From: Phototrophicaceae bacterium
GTDB taxonomy: Bacteria > Chloroflexota > Anaerolineae > Aggregatilineales > Phototrophicaceae
DNA length: 64,000 nt
NCBI GenBank assembly: GCA_049318945.1
Contig: JBMOEO010000004.1
Location: forward strand, 10,904 to 74,903
Reading direction: 5' to 3'
A program made the translations under genes and the position numbers. The notes below the pieces were generated by a model, which did not search any database, was not told the DNA's origin, and saw nothing but the letters and a program-made list of their open reading frames with translations. Of the stretch, positions 63,923 through 64,000 are shown piece after piece; positions within the stretch are counted from its first letter, which is position 1, and each line of letters begins with the position of its first letter.

Positions 63923-64000
63923 AATGTATTGATCCTGTTGAGAGTGAACACACCCGTTCCATTGATTGAACCAACAGAGGGGTGACAGTATTTATGTAGC

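Noticed and set aside
1-64000. CRISPR arrays, tRNA/rRNA genes, transposases, integrases, prophage genes
   Set aside because: Inspection of all intergenic gaps over 60 bp found no regularly spaced repeats, no tRNA-like T-arm/acceptor patterns, and no ORF with DDE, tyrosine- or serine-recombinase motifs. tRNAscan-SE, Infernal and ISfinder would be the decisive checks.

Overview
Bacterial chromosomal segment, roughly 50% GC by eye, with compact genes. I found no rRNA, tRNA, CRISPR array, transposase or integrase. Taxon cannot be established from sequence alone; Uma2 endonucleases, many GT-C membrane glycosyltransferases and an STK-AAA-TPR protein are a weak hint of a Chloroflexota- or cyanobacteria-like organism. 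Most of the window encodes cell-envelope and exopolysaccharide functions. These include GT2 and GT4 glycosyltransferases, three large GT-C-like membrane proteins, a Wzc-type tyrosine autokinase, and a minus-strand EPS cluster at 35.6-48.9 kb. That cluster carries two polyprenyl glycosylphosphotransferases, a GT2 synthase, a Wzy/O-antigen-ligase-like protein, a Wzz-like protein and an SH3-BcsB-like protein. Housekeeping genes are interspersed: iorAB-like molybdoenzyme, FKBP isomerase, family-4 UDG, CysQ-like phosphatase, heme A synthase, RsgA, an ABC-2 exporter and several methyltransferases. Four things stand out. (1) At 22.8-24.7 kb there is an AT-rich, translationally coupled three-gene cassette: a STAS-like/GHKL (SpoIIAB/RsbW-like) ATPase fusion, a DUF4325-type STAS-like protein, and a PIN nuclease. 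It reads as a partner-switching module wired to a nuclease and is my best candidate for an undescribed defence or toxin system. (2) At 11.0-13.6 kb there is a compact PARIS-like pair (ABC/AAA_21-type ATPase plus DUF4435/TOPRIM protein) preceded by a small C2-like beta-sandwich gene. (3) Seven paralogous STAS/SpoIIAA-like proteins of about 140 aa are scattered through the window, mostly next to EPS genes. (4) Two secreted proteins are interrupted by single in-frame stop codons, two EPS proteins carry degenerate GGDEF-like domains, and a Uma2 endonuclease gene is tandemly duplicated at >99% identity.
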